NCBI GenBank assembly: GCA_963832165.1
Contig: CAWHTE010000007.1
Location: 640,001-704,000, forward strand
DNA length: 64,000 nucleotides
Source: an uncultured delta proteobacterium
Lineage (GTDB): Bacteria > Myxococcota_A > UBA9160 > SMWR01
Direction: 5' to 3'
How positions within the stretch are numbered: position 1 is the first letter of the stretch; each line of letters starts with the position of its first letter. A model generated the notes under the pieces. The model made no database searches and was not told where the DNA came from. It saw only the letters and a list, made by a program, of their open reading frames with translations. The translations under genes were made by a program, and so were the position numbers. Positions 38,660-51,329 of the stretch are shown in pieces.

Positions 38660-40564
38660 ATGCCGCTCCTCAGCTTCGATCGCGTCTCGATCGCCTTCGG
38701 GCAGGCCCCCCTGCTCGAGGATGCGAGCTTCACGGTCGAGGCCGGCGAGCGCATCGGCCTGATCGGCCGCAATGGCGCTGGCAAGTCGACGCTGCTCCAG
38801 CTCGTCGACGGTGCAGTGGCGCCCGACGCCGGCGAGGTGTGGCGACAGCCGGGGCTTCGGATTGCACGCCTCGCGCAGGAGCTGCCCGGCGACGCGGGCG
38901 CGACCGTCTACGACGCGGTCGCGGAGGGGCTCTCCGCGGCCGGGCGGCTGCTCGCGGAATACCACCACGTTTCGCACGAGGTCGCGAACGACGCATCGCT
39001 GCTGCGTCGCATGGAGGAGCTTCAGCACGAAATCGAAGCGTGCGATGGCTGGAGCCTCGGGCAGCGTGTGGATCAGATCCTCGCGCGGCTCGAGCTCGAC
39101 GGAGAGGCTTTCCTCGGTGCACTGTCGGGCGGTTGGAAGCGCCGCGTCGCGCTCGCTCGTGCGCTCGTCAGCGAGCCCGACCTGTTGCTGTTGGACGAGC
39201 CCACCAACCACCTCGACATCGAAGTGATCCAGTGGCTGGAGGAGCGCCTGCAGGAGCTCTCCGGCGGCGTTCTCTTCGTGACCCACGATCGCGCGCTGCT
39301 GACGCGGCTCGCGACGCGGATTCTCGAGCTCGATCGCGGTGCGCTGACCTCCTGGCCGGGGAGCTATCCCCGCTTCGTCGCGGACAAGGCCGCCGCGCTC
39401 GAACAAGAGGAGCGCCAGCAGGCGGTTTTCGACAAGAAGCTCGCCCAGGAAGAAGTGTGGATCCGCAAGGGCATCAAGGCGCGCCGCACGCGCAACGAGG
39501 GTCGCGTGCGGGCGTTGCTTCGGCTGCGCGAACAGCGCGCGCAGCGACGCGAGCTGGAGGGAAAGGCACGAATCGCGCTCGATCCGGGCGAAAGCTCGGG
39601 AAAGCTCGTGATCGACGCGGAGCAGGTCGCGTTCGCGTGGGGCGGCCTGCCCGTCGTGCGCGATCTCTCGCTGCGCATCATGCGCGGCGACCGGATCGGC
39701 CTGGTCGGCCCGAATGGCGCGGGCAAGACCACGCTGTTGCGGATCCTGCTCGGGGAACTCGCGCCGACCTCGGGAAGCGTTCGCCTCGGCACGAAAGTCC
39801 AGGTGGCCTACTTCGATCAGCTGCGCGCCGAGCTGGCGCTGGACCGGACGGTGATCGGGAACATCGCCGATGGGAGCGAGTACACCGAGATCAACGGGCA
39901 GCGTCGCCACGTGCTCGGCTATTTGCAGGATTTCCTGTTCAGTCCCGAACGCGCGCGCACGCCGGTGAGCGCGCTCTCGGGAGGCGAACGCAACCGCGTC
40001 TTGCTCGCGCGTCTCTTCGCACAGCCTGCGAATCTGCTCGTGATGGACGAGCCCACCAATGACCTCGATCTCGAAACCCTCGAGCTGCTCGAAGAGCTGT
40101 TGATCGAGTATCCCGGCACGCTGCTCCTGGCCTCACACGACCGCGCGTTCCTCGACAACGTGGTTACCTCGACGATCGTCTTCGAGGGCGGAGGACGCGT
40201 GCAGGAGCACGTCGGCGGATACTCGGATTGGATCCGCTACACGCAGCGGTTGGCCTCCGCCAAAGCGACAGAGAGCGCGAAGCGCGCGCCCTCCCCGCCG
40301 TCTCCTACCGAGCGCGCAGGGAAGCCTCGGCGCCAGAAGCTCTCGTTCCGCGAGGCGCGGGAATTGGCGGATACACCGGGCAGGATCGAGGCGCTCGAGC
40401 GCGAGCAGGCGGAGCTCGGCGCACGTGTGAGCGAGCCCGCGTTCTACAAGAGCGAAGCTGCCGAACAAGCGCACGTGCACGCGCGACTGGCGGCGCTCCC
40501 GGCGGAGCTCGCCGCGGCGTATGGGCGCTGGGAGGCTCTGGAGATGCGGCGCGAGGAGTCGTGA
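38660..40564 (+). CDS. uup: ABC-F ATPase Uup
   Basis: Two ABC domains, EEVWIRKGIKARRTRNEGR linker, KLSFRE coiled-coil tail. Confidence 0.9.
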   Translation: MPLLSFDRVSIAFGQAPLLEDASFTVEAGERIGLIGRNGAGKSTLLQLVDGAVAPDAGEVWRQPGLRIARLAQELPGDAGATVYDAVAEGLSAAGRLLAEYHHVSHEVANDASLLRRMEELQHEIEACDGWSLGQRVDQILARLELDGEAFLGALSGGWKRRVALARALVSEPDLLLLDEPTNHLDIEVIQWLEERLQELSGGVLFVTHDRALLTRLATRILELDRGALTSWPGSYPRFVADKAAALEQEERQQAVFDKKLAQEEVWIRKGIKARRTRNEGRVRALLRLREQRAQRRELEGKARIALDPGESSGKLVIDAEQVAFAWGGLPVVRDLSLRIMRGDRIGLVGPNGAGKTTLLRILLGELAPTSGSVRLGTKVQVAYFDQLRAELALDRTVIGNIADGSEYTEINGQRRHVLGYLQDFLFSPERARTPVSALSGGERNRVLLARLFAQPANLLVMDEPTNDLDLETLELLEELLIEYPGTLLLASHDRAFLDNVVTSTIVFEGGGRVQEHVGGYSDWIRYTQRLASAKATESAKRAPSPPSPTERAGKPRRQKLSFREARELADTPGRIEALEREQAELGARVSEPAFYKSEAAEQAHVHARLAALPAELAAAYGRWEALEMRREES

Positions 40565-40607
40565 GGCATCCCGGGCCGCGATCGTGCGCTTTACCTGTTA
40601 GGCGGAG

Positions 40608-41699
40608 CTAGCGCGGCAGCGCGTCGAGTGCGCGCTGGCGCAGCCAGTGGTCGGCGAGCACGAGGCAGACCATCGCCTCGACCATCGGCACCGCGCGCGG
40701 GAGCACGCACGGGTCGTGGCGGCCCTGCGCCTCGAGCGTGGTAGCGCGGCCGTCGCGCGTGACGGTCTGCTGCGCCTGCGAGATCGTGGCGGTGGGCTTG
40801 AACGCCACGCGCACCACGATGTCCTCGCCGTTGCTGATGCCGCCCTGCACGCCGCCCGAGCGGTTGGCGGCCGTGCGCGGTCGGCCGTCGGGACCCGGCA
40901 CGAACGGATCGTTGTGCTCGATGCCCGTCATGTGCGAGCCGGCGAAGCCGCTGCCGATCTCGAAGCCCTTCGACGCGGGCAGCGACATCAGCGCGCGCGC
41001 GAGGTCGGCCTCGAGCTTGTCGAACACGGGCTCGCCGAGCCCCGCTGGCACACGCCGCGCGACGCACTCCACCACGCCGCCGAGCGAGTCACCGCGCGCG
41101 CGCGCGGCCTCGATGATCGCGGCCATCTCCGCGGCGGCGGCCGCATCGGGGCAGCGCACCGGATTCGCCTCGATGCTCGCGAGCGTAACCGCGCCCGCAT
41201 CGATCTTGGCCTCGACGTCGTAGACGCGCTGCACCCACGCGAGCACCTCCACGCCGCCGAGCTCCGCGATGAGCTTGCGCGCGATCGCGCCCGCCGCGAC
41301 GCGACCGACCGTCTCTCGGGCGCTGGCGCGTCCGCCGCCCTGCCAGTTGCGCACGCCGTACTTCTCTTCGGTGGTGAAGTCGGCGTGCGAAGGGCGGTAG
41401 ACGTCCTTCATGTGCTCGTAGGCACTCGGCCGCGCGTCCTGGTTGCGCACGAGCAGTGCGATCGGAGTGCCGAGCGTCACACCCTCGAACACACCCGAGA
41501 GGATCTCCACGCGATCCTCTTCCTGGCGCGGTGTCGTGAGCGAGCTCTGACCCGGCCGCCGCCGATCGAGGTCGCGTTGGATCTCCGCGGCGTCGATCGG
41601 CAGCCGCGGCGGACACCCGTCCACGACGACACCGACACCTCCGCCGTGACTCTCGCCGAACGTGGTGATCTGGAATGCGTGACCGAAGCGGCTCGACAC
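40608..41699 (-). CDS. aroC: Chorismate synthase
   Basis: [40 protein letters not shown]. Confidence 0.95.
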   Translation of the reverse strand: MSSRFGHAFQITTFGESHGGGVGVVVDGCPPRLPIDAAEIQRDLDRRRPGQSSLTTPRQEEDRVEILSGVFEGVTLGTPIALLVRNQDARPSAYEHMKDVYRPSHADFTTEEKYGVRNWQGGGRASARETVGRVAAGAIARKLIAELGGVEVLAWVQRVYDVEAKIDAGAVTLASIEANPVRCPDAAAAAEMAAIIEAARARGDSLGGVVECVARRVPAGLGEPVFDKLEADLARALMSLPASKGFEIGSGFAGSHMTGIEHNDPFVPGPDGRPRTAANRSGGVQGGISNGEDIVVRVAFKPTATISQAQQTVTRDGRATTLEAQGRHDPCVLPRAVPMVEAMVCLVLADHWLRQRALDALPR

Positions 41700-41717
41700 G
41701 TCGCGAAGATACCCCGA

Positions 41718-42795
41718 CTACGGTGGACTAGCCTGCAAGCCCAACGCCTTGCGGGTCGGGCCGCCGAGCGGGAGCGCCGCGAGTGCCGATCTCGACACCC
41801 AGCGGTGTGCGTCCCAGCCCGAACGCCGGACGCGTCCCGCACCCGCTCTGCCGCGGTACACGTGCAGACGCAGCAGCCGGTGGGTGAACGCGTGCTCCAC
41901 GATGCCCAGCGGCTCGGACGCGGACACGGCGAGGCCGATTCCCTCGCGCAGCGCGCGCGCGAGTGCGCGCGCGGGAGCTTCTCCCTCGCGCAGCTCGCCG
42001 CCGGGTAGCTCCCAGAGGCCACCGAGCAGACCGCGCTGGGGCCGCTGCACGGCCAACACGCGGTCGTGTCGGACCAGGAATCCCGCCACGGCCTCGCACG
42101 CGGCGCACCGCAGCCGGGCGCGAGCGGATCGGCAGCAGCTCCGCGCGCCCCTGCGCGCGAGCGGCGCAGTGCGGCTGCCACGGGCACGCGGGACACTGCG
42201 GCGCGCGCGGCGTGCACACGGTGGCGCCGAGCTCCATGAGCGCCTGGTTCATCGCTCCGGGATCATCGCCGCGCGCGAGCTGCTCGGCCTCGCTCCAGAG
42301 CCGCTCCTGTACTGCGGCGCTGCGCACGTCGGCGTCGATCGCGAAAACGCGCGCGAGCACGCGCGCGACGTTGCCGTCGACGATCGGAGCCGGCTTGTCG
42401 AACGCGATCGAGGCGAGCGCGCCGGCCGTGTAGCGTCCGACGCCCGGCAGCTCACGCAGCGCGTCCACGTCCCCGGGCAGCCGGCCCGCGTGGTGCTCCA
42501 TCACGATCTGCGCGGCGCGGTGCAGATTGCGCGCGCGCGAGTAGTAACCGAGACCCGCCCACAGCGCGATCACGTCGTCGGTGTCGGCGGTCGCGAGCGT
42601 CTCGACGTCGGGGAAGCGCGCGAGGAAGCGCTCCCAGTACGGGATCACCGTCTCCACCCGCGTCTGCTGGAGCATCGTCTCGGAGATCCAGATCGCGTAC
42701 GGGTCGCGCGTGCGCCGCCACGGCAGATCGCGGCGGTGGGCGCGATACCACGCGAGCAGCTTCCTGCGCAGCGCGCTGCGCGGGCGCGGAGTCAC
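41718..42795 (-). CDS. mutY: A/G-specific adenine glycosylase, frameshift near 42095
   Basis: RDLPWR, SETMLQQT, GLGYYSRARNL, LPGVGRYTA, VDGNV, C-x6-C-x2-C-x5-C; GLLGGLWE and HAFTH in the second frame. Confidence 0.9.
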
Positions 42796-44150
42796 TGCGC
42801 CTGCGGCTGCGGATTCAGATTCGGCACGACGTGATCGGTGACCCATTTCGCGTCCCACCACTCGATCGGGTCGACGTAGGTGTTGCCGACCAGCGTCGCG
42901 AAGTGGAGGTGGTCGCCGCCGGCGAGGCCCGTCGCTCCGGTGAGGCCGAGCGTCTGGCCGCCCTCGACGCTCGCGTCGGCCGCGACATCGATGCGCGACA
43001 GGTGGCCGTAGAGCGAGGTGAGTCCGAGCCCGTGGTCCAGGATCACGCAGTTGCCGTAGATCCCGAGATCGCCCGCGAACAGCACGCGCCCTGCGGCGGC
43101 GGCGGTCACGGGCGCGGCGGAGAGGGATGCGAGGTCGTAGCCATAGTGAATGGCGCGTGAGATCTCGCGCCCGTCCACGGTATACACGCGCTTCTCGCCG
43201 AAGCGGCTGGTCACCTTCGAGTTCGCGAGCTGGTGCAGGCTGCCCGAGAAGAGCGGCTCCGGCGCCGTGCCGGCGATGATCACGCGAATCCGGTCCTCGT
43301 TCTCCTTGCGCACGCGCGTGTTCACGTCGTGAAACGCGGAGTCAGGGTCCCCAGCCGCGGTCTGCGGCGCGAGTCGCGGAACTACCTGCTCGAGGAACGC
43401 ATTCGACAACTGCACCTTGCCCTCGGGCTGCGCGTAGGGCTGCACGACCACCGACCAGCCCGCCTCGCTGCTGTTGCCCGCGGCGTCCTGCGCGAACACG
43501 CGCACGGGCGCCTTCGCATCGACGTCCGTGGGAAACGCGAACAACGCGATGCGCTCGTTCGCACCGGCGCCCTTGCGCGGGAAGCCGCGGTACTCGACCG
43601 TGCCGACGCGCACGCCGTCGCGCGCGGTGGCCTCGGAGATCCGATAGGCGACCGATCCCGAGCCGCCCTGACGCACGTAGGTGATGCCGCTGATCCCGCT
43701 CGTGACCTCGATGCGCGGCGGCTCGAGATCGACGCGCAGCGGCAGGTCGCGCCGCACTTCGTTGCCCGAGAGCCCTCCGCGCCACGACCAGTCGCGCACG
43801 GCGATCGAGAGCGTGGCCGGTCCCTTGAGGGCGCCGAGCGCAGCGGGATCGAGTTGCACGGCGGCCTCGTGCTCGTGGCGCACGCCGCCCGAGAGCAGGT
43901 TGCCCGGGAACAATTCCTCGAGCAGCACCTGCTCGCCGCTCGCCTGCGCGATCGCCACGCGCAGCGAGCGCAGACCCGAGCGTTGGTCGCTCGCGCGCAG
44001 GTCGAGCTGCACGCCGCTCTTGCCTACCACGAGCTCCGACTCGGGTGCGACGAGGCCCGGGACCTCGCTCTCGGATCGGTACCACGCGAATCCACCGATC
44101 CCGACCACGACGATCACGACGAGAATCAGGAGCCAGCCCGATGCCTTCAT
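42792..44150 (-). CDS. M23 family metallopeptidase
   Basis: HYGYD, IYGN...DHG, YGHL, GDHLHF; N-terminal TM. Confidence 0.85.
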   Translation of the reverse strand: MKASGWLLILVVIVVVGIGGFAWYRSESEVPGLVAPESELVVGKSGVQLDLRASDQRSGLRSLRVAIAQASGEQVLLEELFPGNLLSGGVRHEHEAAVQLDPAALGALKGPATLSIAVRDWSWRGGLSGNEVRRDLPLRVDLEPPRIEVTSGISGITYVRQGGSGSVAYRISEATARDGVRVGTVEYRGFPRKGAGANERIALFAFPTDVDAKAPVRVFAQDAAGNSSEAGWSVVVQPYAQPEGKVQLSNAFLEQVVPRLAPQTAAGDPDSAFHDVNTRVRKENEDRIRVIIAGTAPEPLFSGSLHQLANSKVTSRFGEKRVYTVDGREISRAIHYGYDLASLSAAPVTAAAAGRVLFAGDLGIYGNCVILDHGLGLTSLYGHLSRIDVAADASVEGGQTLGLTGATGLAGGDHLHFATLVGNTYVDPIEWWDAKWVTDHVVPNLNPQPQAQ

Positions 44151-44195
44151 ATCCCCTCCCCCCCGGAAGCGCGGCGAAGATACCCAACGCGCGCG

Positions 44196-44224
44196 TTGAC
44201 GCCTGCGCCGCTCGGGGCGATGCT
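44196..44224 (+). promoter_or_regulatory. Sigma70-like promoter
   Basis: TTGACG-N17-GATGCT upstream of GGGAGG RBS. Confidence 0.5.
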
Positions 44225-44247
44225 GCGCACTCCCCAGGGAGGCTCTC

Positions 44248-44853
44248 ATGAACCAGTTGCGCCGCATCGTCCTGTTGCGCCACGGCAACACCGTCGGCAA
44301 CTCCCACGAGCGCTTCCACGGCAGCGGCGACGTGGCGCTCTCGGACGAGGGCCGGGAGCAGATGCGCGCCGCGGCGCGCGCGCTCACGACCGAAGTGTTC
44401 GATCTGGTCGCGGCGAGCCCGCTGCAGCGCGCGTGGCAGAGCGCGGCGATGCTCGCCAACGGCGCGCACGTGCTGCTCGTGCCCGAGTTCCGCGAGATCG
44501 ATTTCGGGCGCTGGGAGGGGATGACCGCCCAGGAGATCGAGGCGCAGGACCCCGTGCTCTATCGCTCCTGGCGCGAAGGCGCCGCCGACTTCGAGTTCCC
44601 GGGCGGCGAGCGGCGCGCGGCGTTCCGCGAGCGCGTGGCGAAGGGCTTCGAGACGCTCGCGAACAGCGGAGCCGAGAACGTGCTGCTGGTCGCGCACCGC
44701 GGCGTGGCGCGCGCGCTCGCGATGCACCTGCTCGGCGAGCCGCTCCCGGCGCCGCCCGAGCTCGGCGAGACGGTGTCGTTCACGCGCGACGGCGAGCGCT
44801 GGTTCCGCGGTCGGCGCGGCAGCAATCCGCCCGCGCTCGGCACCGCGGCCTAA
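44248..44853 (+). CDS. Histidine phosphatase family protein
   Basis: LRHG, SPLQRA, EIDFGRWEG, VAHRG. Confidence 0.85.
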   Translation: MNQLRRIVLLRHGNTVGNSHERFHGSGDVALSDEGREQMRAAARALTTEVFDLVAASPLQRAWQSAAMLANGAHVLLVPEFREIDFGRWEGMTAQEIEAQDPVLYRSWREGAADFEFPGGERRAAFRERVAKGFETLANSGAENVLLVAHRGVARALAMHLLGEPLPAPPELGETVSFTRDGERWFRGRRGSNPPALGTAA

Positions 44854-44910
44854 CGCGCCGCCGCGCGCGGCTCGCATCGCCTGCGCGCGCGCAAATCCGG
44901 TCCCAATCGC

Positions 44911-45804
44911 ATGCCCGATCGATTCGAAGAGCAGCCGTCGCTACCCGCGCGTCTCACGCAGGCGCTCGTTCCCGCACCGGTCTGGCAGCTGGGCCGCGAT
45001 CTCGGCGCGCGCCTGCGCGAGACGCCGACCCGGCTCAACGCCTACGGCTTCGATCCCTACGGCTTCCATCCCGATACGGCGCGGCGCGGGCTGCTGCCCT
45101 CCGCGCTGCTCTACCGTTACTACTTCCGGGTCGAGACCCACGGCATCGCATCCGTGCCGCAGGGGCGCATGCTCCTGATCGGCAACCACTCTGGCCAGTT
45201 CGGCTACGACGGCGCGATGCTCGCGATGTCGATGCTGCTCGACGCGCGTCCCCCGCGGCTGTGTCGCGGCATGGCGGAGTTCATGTTCTGGCGCACGCCG
45301 TGGGCCGGGACCTTCGCGAGTCGACTCGGCATGATGGCCGGCACACCGAGCAACTGCGCCGCGATGCTCGAGGCGGGCGAGTGCGTGATGGTGTTTCCGG
45401 AGGGCGCGCGCGGCGCGAACAAGCCCTTCCGCCAGCGCTACCAGCTGCAGCGCTTCGGGCTCGGGTTCATGCGCCTCGCACTCGAGACGAACACCCCGAT
45501 CGTCCCGGTCGGTATCGTCGGAGCCGAGGAGCAGCAGCCCGGCTTCGCAAATTTCGAGGGGCTCGGAAAGCGGCTCGGACTTCCCTCTCTGCCGATCACG
45601 ATCAGCTCGCCGTGGCTGGGCCTGCTCGGCCCGAGCTTCGCGCTGCCCGTGAAGTACCACATCTACTTCGGTGAGCCGCTGCGCTTCGACGGTGGGCCCG
45701 ACGACGAGGACGCGGTGATCGAGCAGAAGGTCGACGTCGTGAAGGGCGCGATCACCGCACTGCTCGACCGCGGCCGGTCGGAGCGCAAAGGGATCTTCTT
45801 CTGA
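44911..45804 (+). CDS. Lysophospholipid/glycerol acyltransferase family protein
   Basis: NHSGQFGYD, VFPEG, PIVPV. Confidence 0.8.
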   Translation: MPDRFEEQPSLPARLTQALVPAPVWQLGRDLGARLRETPTRLNAYGFDPYGFHPDTARRGLLPSALLYRYYFRVETHGIASVPQGRMLLIGNHSGQFGYDGAMLAMSMLLDARPPRLCRGMAEFMFWRTPWAGTFASRLGMMAGTPSNCAAMLEAGECVMVFPEGARGANKPFRQRYQLQRFGLGFMRLALETNTPIVPVGIVGAEEQQPGFANFEGLGKRLGLPSLPITISSPWLGLLGPSFALPVKYHIYFGEPLRFDGGPDDEDAVIEQKVDVVKGAITALLDRGRSERKGIFF

Positions 45805-45826
45805 TCCCAACCCGCGCGGCCGCGGA

Positions 45827-46624
45827 TCACATCGGGGACATCAGCCGATACGCGAGATCGAGGATCCGGCGGCGCGGCACGAACGGCACCGCGCGCGCGA
45901 GCAACCGGTTGCGCGCACCCGTGATGACGACGCGCTGGTTCTCCTGGAAGCCGCGGTAGCCCTCCTCGGCCACGCTGCGCGAGGTCATCGGCGTTCCGAG
46001 CGACGTGAGCCGCGTCTTCCCGGTGCCCGCGCGCTCTCGAAACCTGCTCGCTGTCGGACCCGGGCACAGGCAGCTCACCTTCACACCGGTGTCCAGCGCC
46101 TCGCGCCACAGCGCCTCGGAGAACGAGAGCACGAAGGCCTTCGATGCGTAGTAGACCGCCATCAGCGGGCCGGGCTGGAAGGCCGACGTCGACGCCACGT
46201 TCAGCACGCCGCCGCGTTTGCGCGCGAGCATCTGTGGCCAGAAGGCGTGCGTGAGCTCCACGAGCGCGCGCACGTTCAGGTCGATCATGCCGAGCTGAGC
46301 GACCTCGTCGGAGCCGGCGAAGCCGCCCGCGCTGCCGTAGCCCGCGTTGTTCACGAGCACGTCTACGGCGATCCCGCGCGCGCGGACCTCGTCCGCCAGG
46401 CGGTGGCCGGCGCCGTGGGCGCCGAGGTCGATCGCAATCGGCATCACCTTCACGCCGTACTGCTTCGCGATGCGCTCGGCCTGCTCTTTCAGCGTGGCCT
46501 CGCTGCGCGCCGAGAGCACGAGGTCGTAGCCATCCTGCGCGAAGCACTCGGCGAGATCGACACCGATGCCGTAGCTCGCGCCCGTCACCAGCGCCGTCTG
46601 CCCGTCGCCCGGTCGGTTCGCCAT
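45827..46624 (-). CDS. SDR family oxidoreductase
   Basis: TGASYGIG, NNAG, YYASK, CPGPT. Confidence 0.9.
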   Translation of the reverse strand: MANRPGDGQTALVTGASYGIGVDLAECFAQDGYDLVLSARSEATLKEQAERIAKQYGVKVMPIAIDLGAHGAGHRLADEVRARGIAVDVLVNNAGYGSAGGFAGSDEVAQLGMIDLNVRALVELTHAFWPQMLARKRGGVLNVASTSAFQPGPLMAVYYASKAFVLSFSEALWREALDTGVKVSCLCPGPTASRFRERAGTGKTRLTSLGTPMTSRSVAEEGYRGFQENQRVVITGARNRLLARAVPFVPRRRILDLAYRLMSPM

Positions 46625-46664
46625 CGTCGACTCCTCTGCGCGCTTCATCGCGCTTGGAGACGAA

Positions 46665-48620
<1,956 letters not shown>

Positions 48621-48626
48621 GCGCGC

Positions 48627-49961
48627 CTAGCGCCCTTCGTTCACGAGCGCTTCGAGCTCGTCCGGATCCTTGGGAATCGAAAGCGTCAGATTCTCGTGGC
48701 CGTCGGCGGTGATCAAGATGTCGTCCTCGATCCGAACGCCGATGCCGCGGAAGCGCGCATCCACGTCGGCGTCGGCGGCAATGTACAGACCCGGCTCGAC
48801 CGTGAACACGATCCCGGGAGCGAGCGGCCGCGGTGCTCCGTCCTGCCGATAGCTGCCCACGTCGTGCACGTCGAGCCCGAGCCAATGGCTCGTGGAGTGC
48901 ATGTAGTAGGGCTTGTAGGCCTCGCGCGCGGCGAGCTCTGCGGGGTCGCCCGCGAGAATGCCGAGCTCGACCAGACCCTCGACGAGCGCCTTCACCGCGG
49001 CGTCGTGGATCTCCGGCAGCGTGCTGCCCGGGCGGCACTGCTCGATCCCCGCCTGCTCGGAGGCGAGGACCACCTCGTAGATCGCGCGCGCGGGCCCCGT
49101 GAAGCGTCCGCCCACGGGATAGGTACGCGTCACGTCCGAGGCGTAGCCCTCGAGCTCGCAGCCCGCGTCGATGAGCACCAGCTCGTCGTCGCGCAGCTTC
49201 TGATCGTTGCGCACGTAGTGCAGCACGGTTGCGTTCGCACCGCCGCCCACGATCGTGGTGTAGGCGGGTCCGCGCGCGCCGCGCCGCCGGAACGTGAACT
49301 CGAGCGCGGCCTGGAGCTCGTACTCGAATGTGCCGGGCCAGGCGAGCTTCGCGGCCGCAGCGTGGCCCTCGCGGCTGATCTGCGCGGCGCGCCGCATCAG
49401 ATCGAGCTCGGAAGGGTCCTTGAACAGCCGCATCCCGTGCGTGATCGAGCGCGCATCGACGATCGCGTCGGCGGGATCGGCATTCATGCGCGAGCGCACG
49501 CGCATCTGATCGAGCGCCGCGACGAGTCGCGCGTCGAACGCGGGATCGCGTCCGAGCACGTGGTAGATGCGCTGCGCGCTGCGGATCAGGTCGGGGATCT
49601 TCGCGAGCAGATCGGTGTTCGGATGCGCCTCGTCCGCTCCGAAGTCCTGGATGGCGCCCTCGGCCCCAGGTCGATACCCATTCCAGATCTCGAGCGCGCG
49701 ATCGCGCGGCTCGACGAACAACGTGTAGGCGGGACCGCCGTCGGTGCGCAGCACTGCCGTGGCGCCCGGGTGATCGAATCCCGTCAGGTACCAGAAGTCG
49801 CTGTCCTGGCGGAACGGGAACTCGGTGTCGCGCGAGCGCGTGACCAGATTCGCGCCGCGGAAGATCGCGACGGCGCCGGGGCCCATCGCATCGCGCACTC
49901 GTTGGCGGCGTTCGGCGAACACGCGAGGAGGATACGGGGGAGCGTGTTGCCCTTCAATCAC
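48627..49961 (-). CDS. pepP: Xaa-Pro aminopeptidase
   Basis: FRQDSDFWYLTG, IDAG...YASDVTRT, HWLGLDVHD, EPGLY, RIEDD. Confidence 0.92.
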   Translation of the reverse strand: MIEGQHAPPYPPRVFAERRQRVRDAMGPGAVAIFRGANLVTRSRDTEFPFRQDSDFWYLTGFDHPGATAVLRTDGGPAYTLFVEPRDRALEIWNGYRPGAEGAIQDFGADEAHPNTDLLAKIPDLIRSAQRIYHVLGRDPAFDARLVAALDQMRVRSRMNADPADAIVDARSITHGMRLFKDPSELDLMRRAAQISREGHAAAAKLAWPGTFEYELQAALEFTFRRRGARGPAYTTIVGGGANATVLHYVRNDQKLRDDELVLIDAGCELEGYASDVTRTYPVGGRFTGPARAIYEVVLASEQAGIEQCRPGSTLPEIHDAAVKALVEGLVELGILAGDPAELAAREAYKPYYMHSTSHWLGLDVHDVGSYRQDGAPRPLAPGIVFTVEPGLYIAADADVDARFRGIGVRIEDDILITADGHENLTLSIPKDPDELEALVNEGR

Positions 49962-51115
49962 GGCGCGTCGACACAAACGACGGTCACGTCTGCGCAGTAG
50001 GTGACGCACATGCGATCGCCGTACAGGACGCCCGTGTAGTAGAGGCCGGCCGGGTCGGGCCGCGGAAGTGCAGCGCTGCGCACGCGCCCGTCGGGATGCA
50101 ACACGTGCACGATCCCGCTCCAGCGCGTCACCACGACGCGCCCGTCCGGAGCCACCTGGATGTCCTGCGCGAAGTCGAGCTCGGGCGCGAACGCGTCGTC
50201 GAGCGGCACGCGCTTCGGCTCACCGCGTCCGGGCGGCGGCACGACCTCGAGCCACAGCGCGTTGCCCTCCGCCTCGGCGCGGTAGATCGTGCCGTCGCGG
50301 GCCTTCGCCGCGAACAAGAGCTCGGGCGGCTCGGGAACGATCCGCGCCCGGCCGCTCGCGTCGATCGCGATCGCATCCTGCCGCGCGCCCATCTGTGCAT
50401 TGGGCTGCGCGCCGAGCGGGAGCTGGTCCGCCGTGATCCAGAGCTCGCGGCGCAGGCCGTCCCAGAGCGGCGTCTTGGGCGCCACGCGGTAGCCCGGCGG
50501 CGCGACGAGCGACCAGAGCTTCACCGTGTGGCCGTCGCGATCGAACGCGATCGCGTCGCCGTTGCCGCCGTCATCCGCGCCCGTGCCATAGCGCGTCGCG
50601 ATCACCGTTCCGTCGGGACCCTCGCCAAGCTCGTTGAGCGCTCCGCCGAGTGCGAGGCGCCGAACCTGTCCGGTCGCGGGCGACACCGCCCCCGCGTCCT
50701 CGAAGAATGTGGTGAAGTAGACGTCGCCGTCTGCTCCCACGAGTACGTCCCATACGCCGGATCGGCTGTCGGGACCGCCCACATCGAGCGGCGGGAGCCA
50801 GCGTTCGCGCACGAGATCGAAGCGGCCGATCCGCTGCGGCCCGGGATGCCGCAGGTCGGCCGTGGGGTCTCCGCCCGCGCCCGCCATCGCCGACCAGAAC
50901 GCCGCCTCGCCGAAGTACAGGACGCCATCCACTCCGCGCGCGCCGTACCAGGCGCAGTAGCGCTCGTCCGCGCTCGGAGCCCTCGCGACATGCATGGACA
51001 CGTTCGCGGCGCGCGGGAACGGCGCCGCGGGTTCGCGGGCCGCGCCGCTCGCGCACGCGAGCGCTGCCAGCGTGGCGAGCGCCGCGCACGCGCTCCGCAG
51101 CATGCAGCTTCGCAT
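49958..51115 (-). CDS. Putative lipoprotein with beta-propeller-like repeats
   Basis: Lipobox ALAC; DGDVYFTT / DGTIY / DGRVVVT repeats; start may be 51103. Confidence 0.6.
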   Translation of the reverse strand: MRSCMLRSACAALATLAALACASGAAREPAAPFPRAANVSMHVARAPSADERYCAWYGARGVDGVLYFGEAAFWSAMAGAGGDPTADLRHPGPQRIGRFDLVRERWLPPLDVGGPDSRSGVWDVLVGADGDVYFTTFFEDAGAVSPATGQVRRLALGGALNELGEGPDGTVIATRYGTGADDGGNGDAIAFDRDGHTVKLWSLVAPPGYRVAPKTPLWDGLRRELWITADQLPLGAQPNAQMGARQDAIAIDASGRARIVPEPPELLFAAKARDGTIYRAEAEGNALWLEVVPPPGRGEPKRVPLDDAFAPELDFAQDIQVAPDGRVVVTRWSGIVHVLHPDGRVRSAALPRPDPAGLYYTGVLYGDRMCVTYCADVTVVCVDAP

Positions 51116-51303
51116 GGCTGCGCATCTATTGGCGGCACCAGACTTAAGCATTTGTTTTCGAATGTGTTTCTCTCCAACTCGATCGCGGTCCGCATTCTCA
51201 CGCTGCCCGCAGCGCAGCCTGAGGATGCGGCGCGCCCTCGGCCCCGCCGCGCGGAATCTCAATAGAGGCGCACAGTTGCGATTGCTGCCTTGTGCGCCGG
51301 CCC

Positions 51304-51319
51304 TGGCACGCTTCGTGCT
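51304..51319 (+). promoter_or_regulatory. Sigma54 -24/-12 promoter
   Basis: TGGCACGCTTCGTGCT (GG-N10-GC; one mismatch to TGGCACRNNNNTTGCW). Confidence 0.75.
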
Positions 51320-51329
51320 CTTCCATGGG

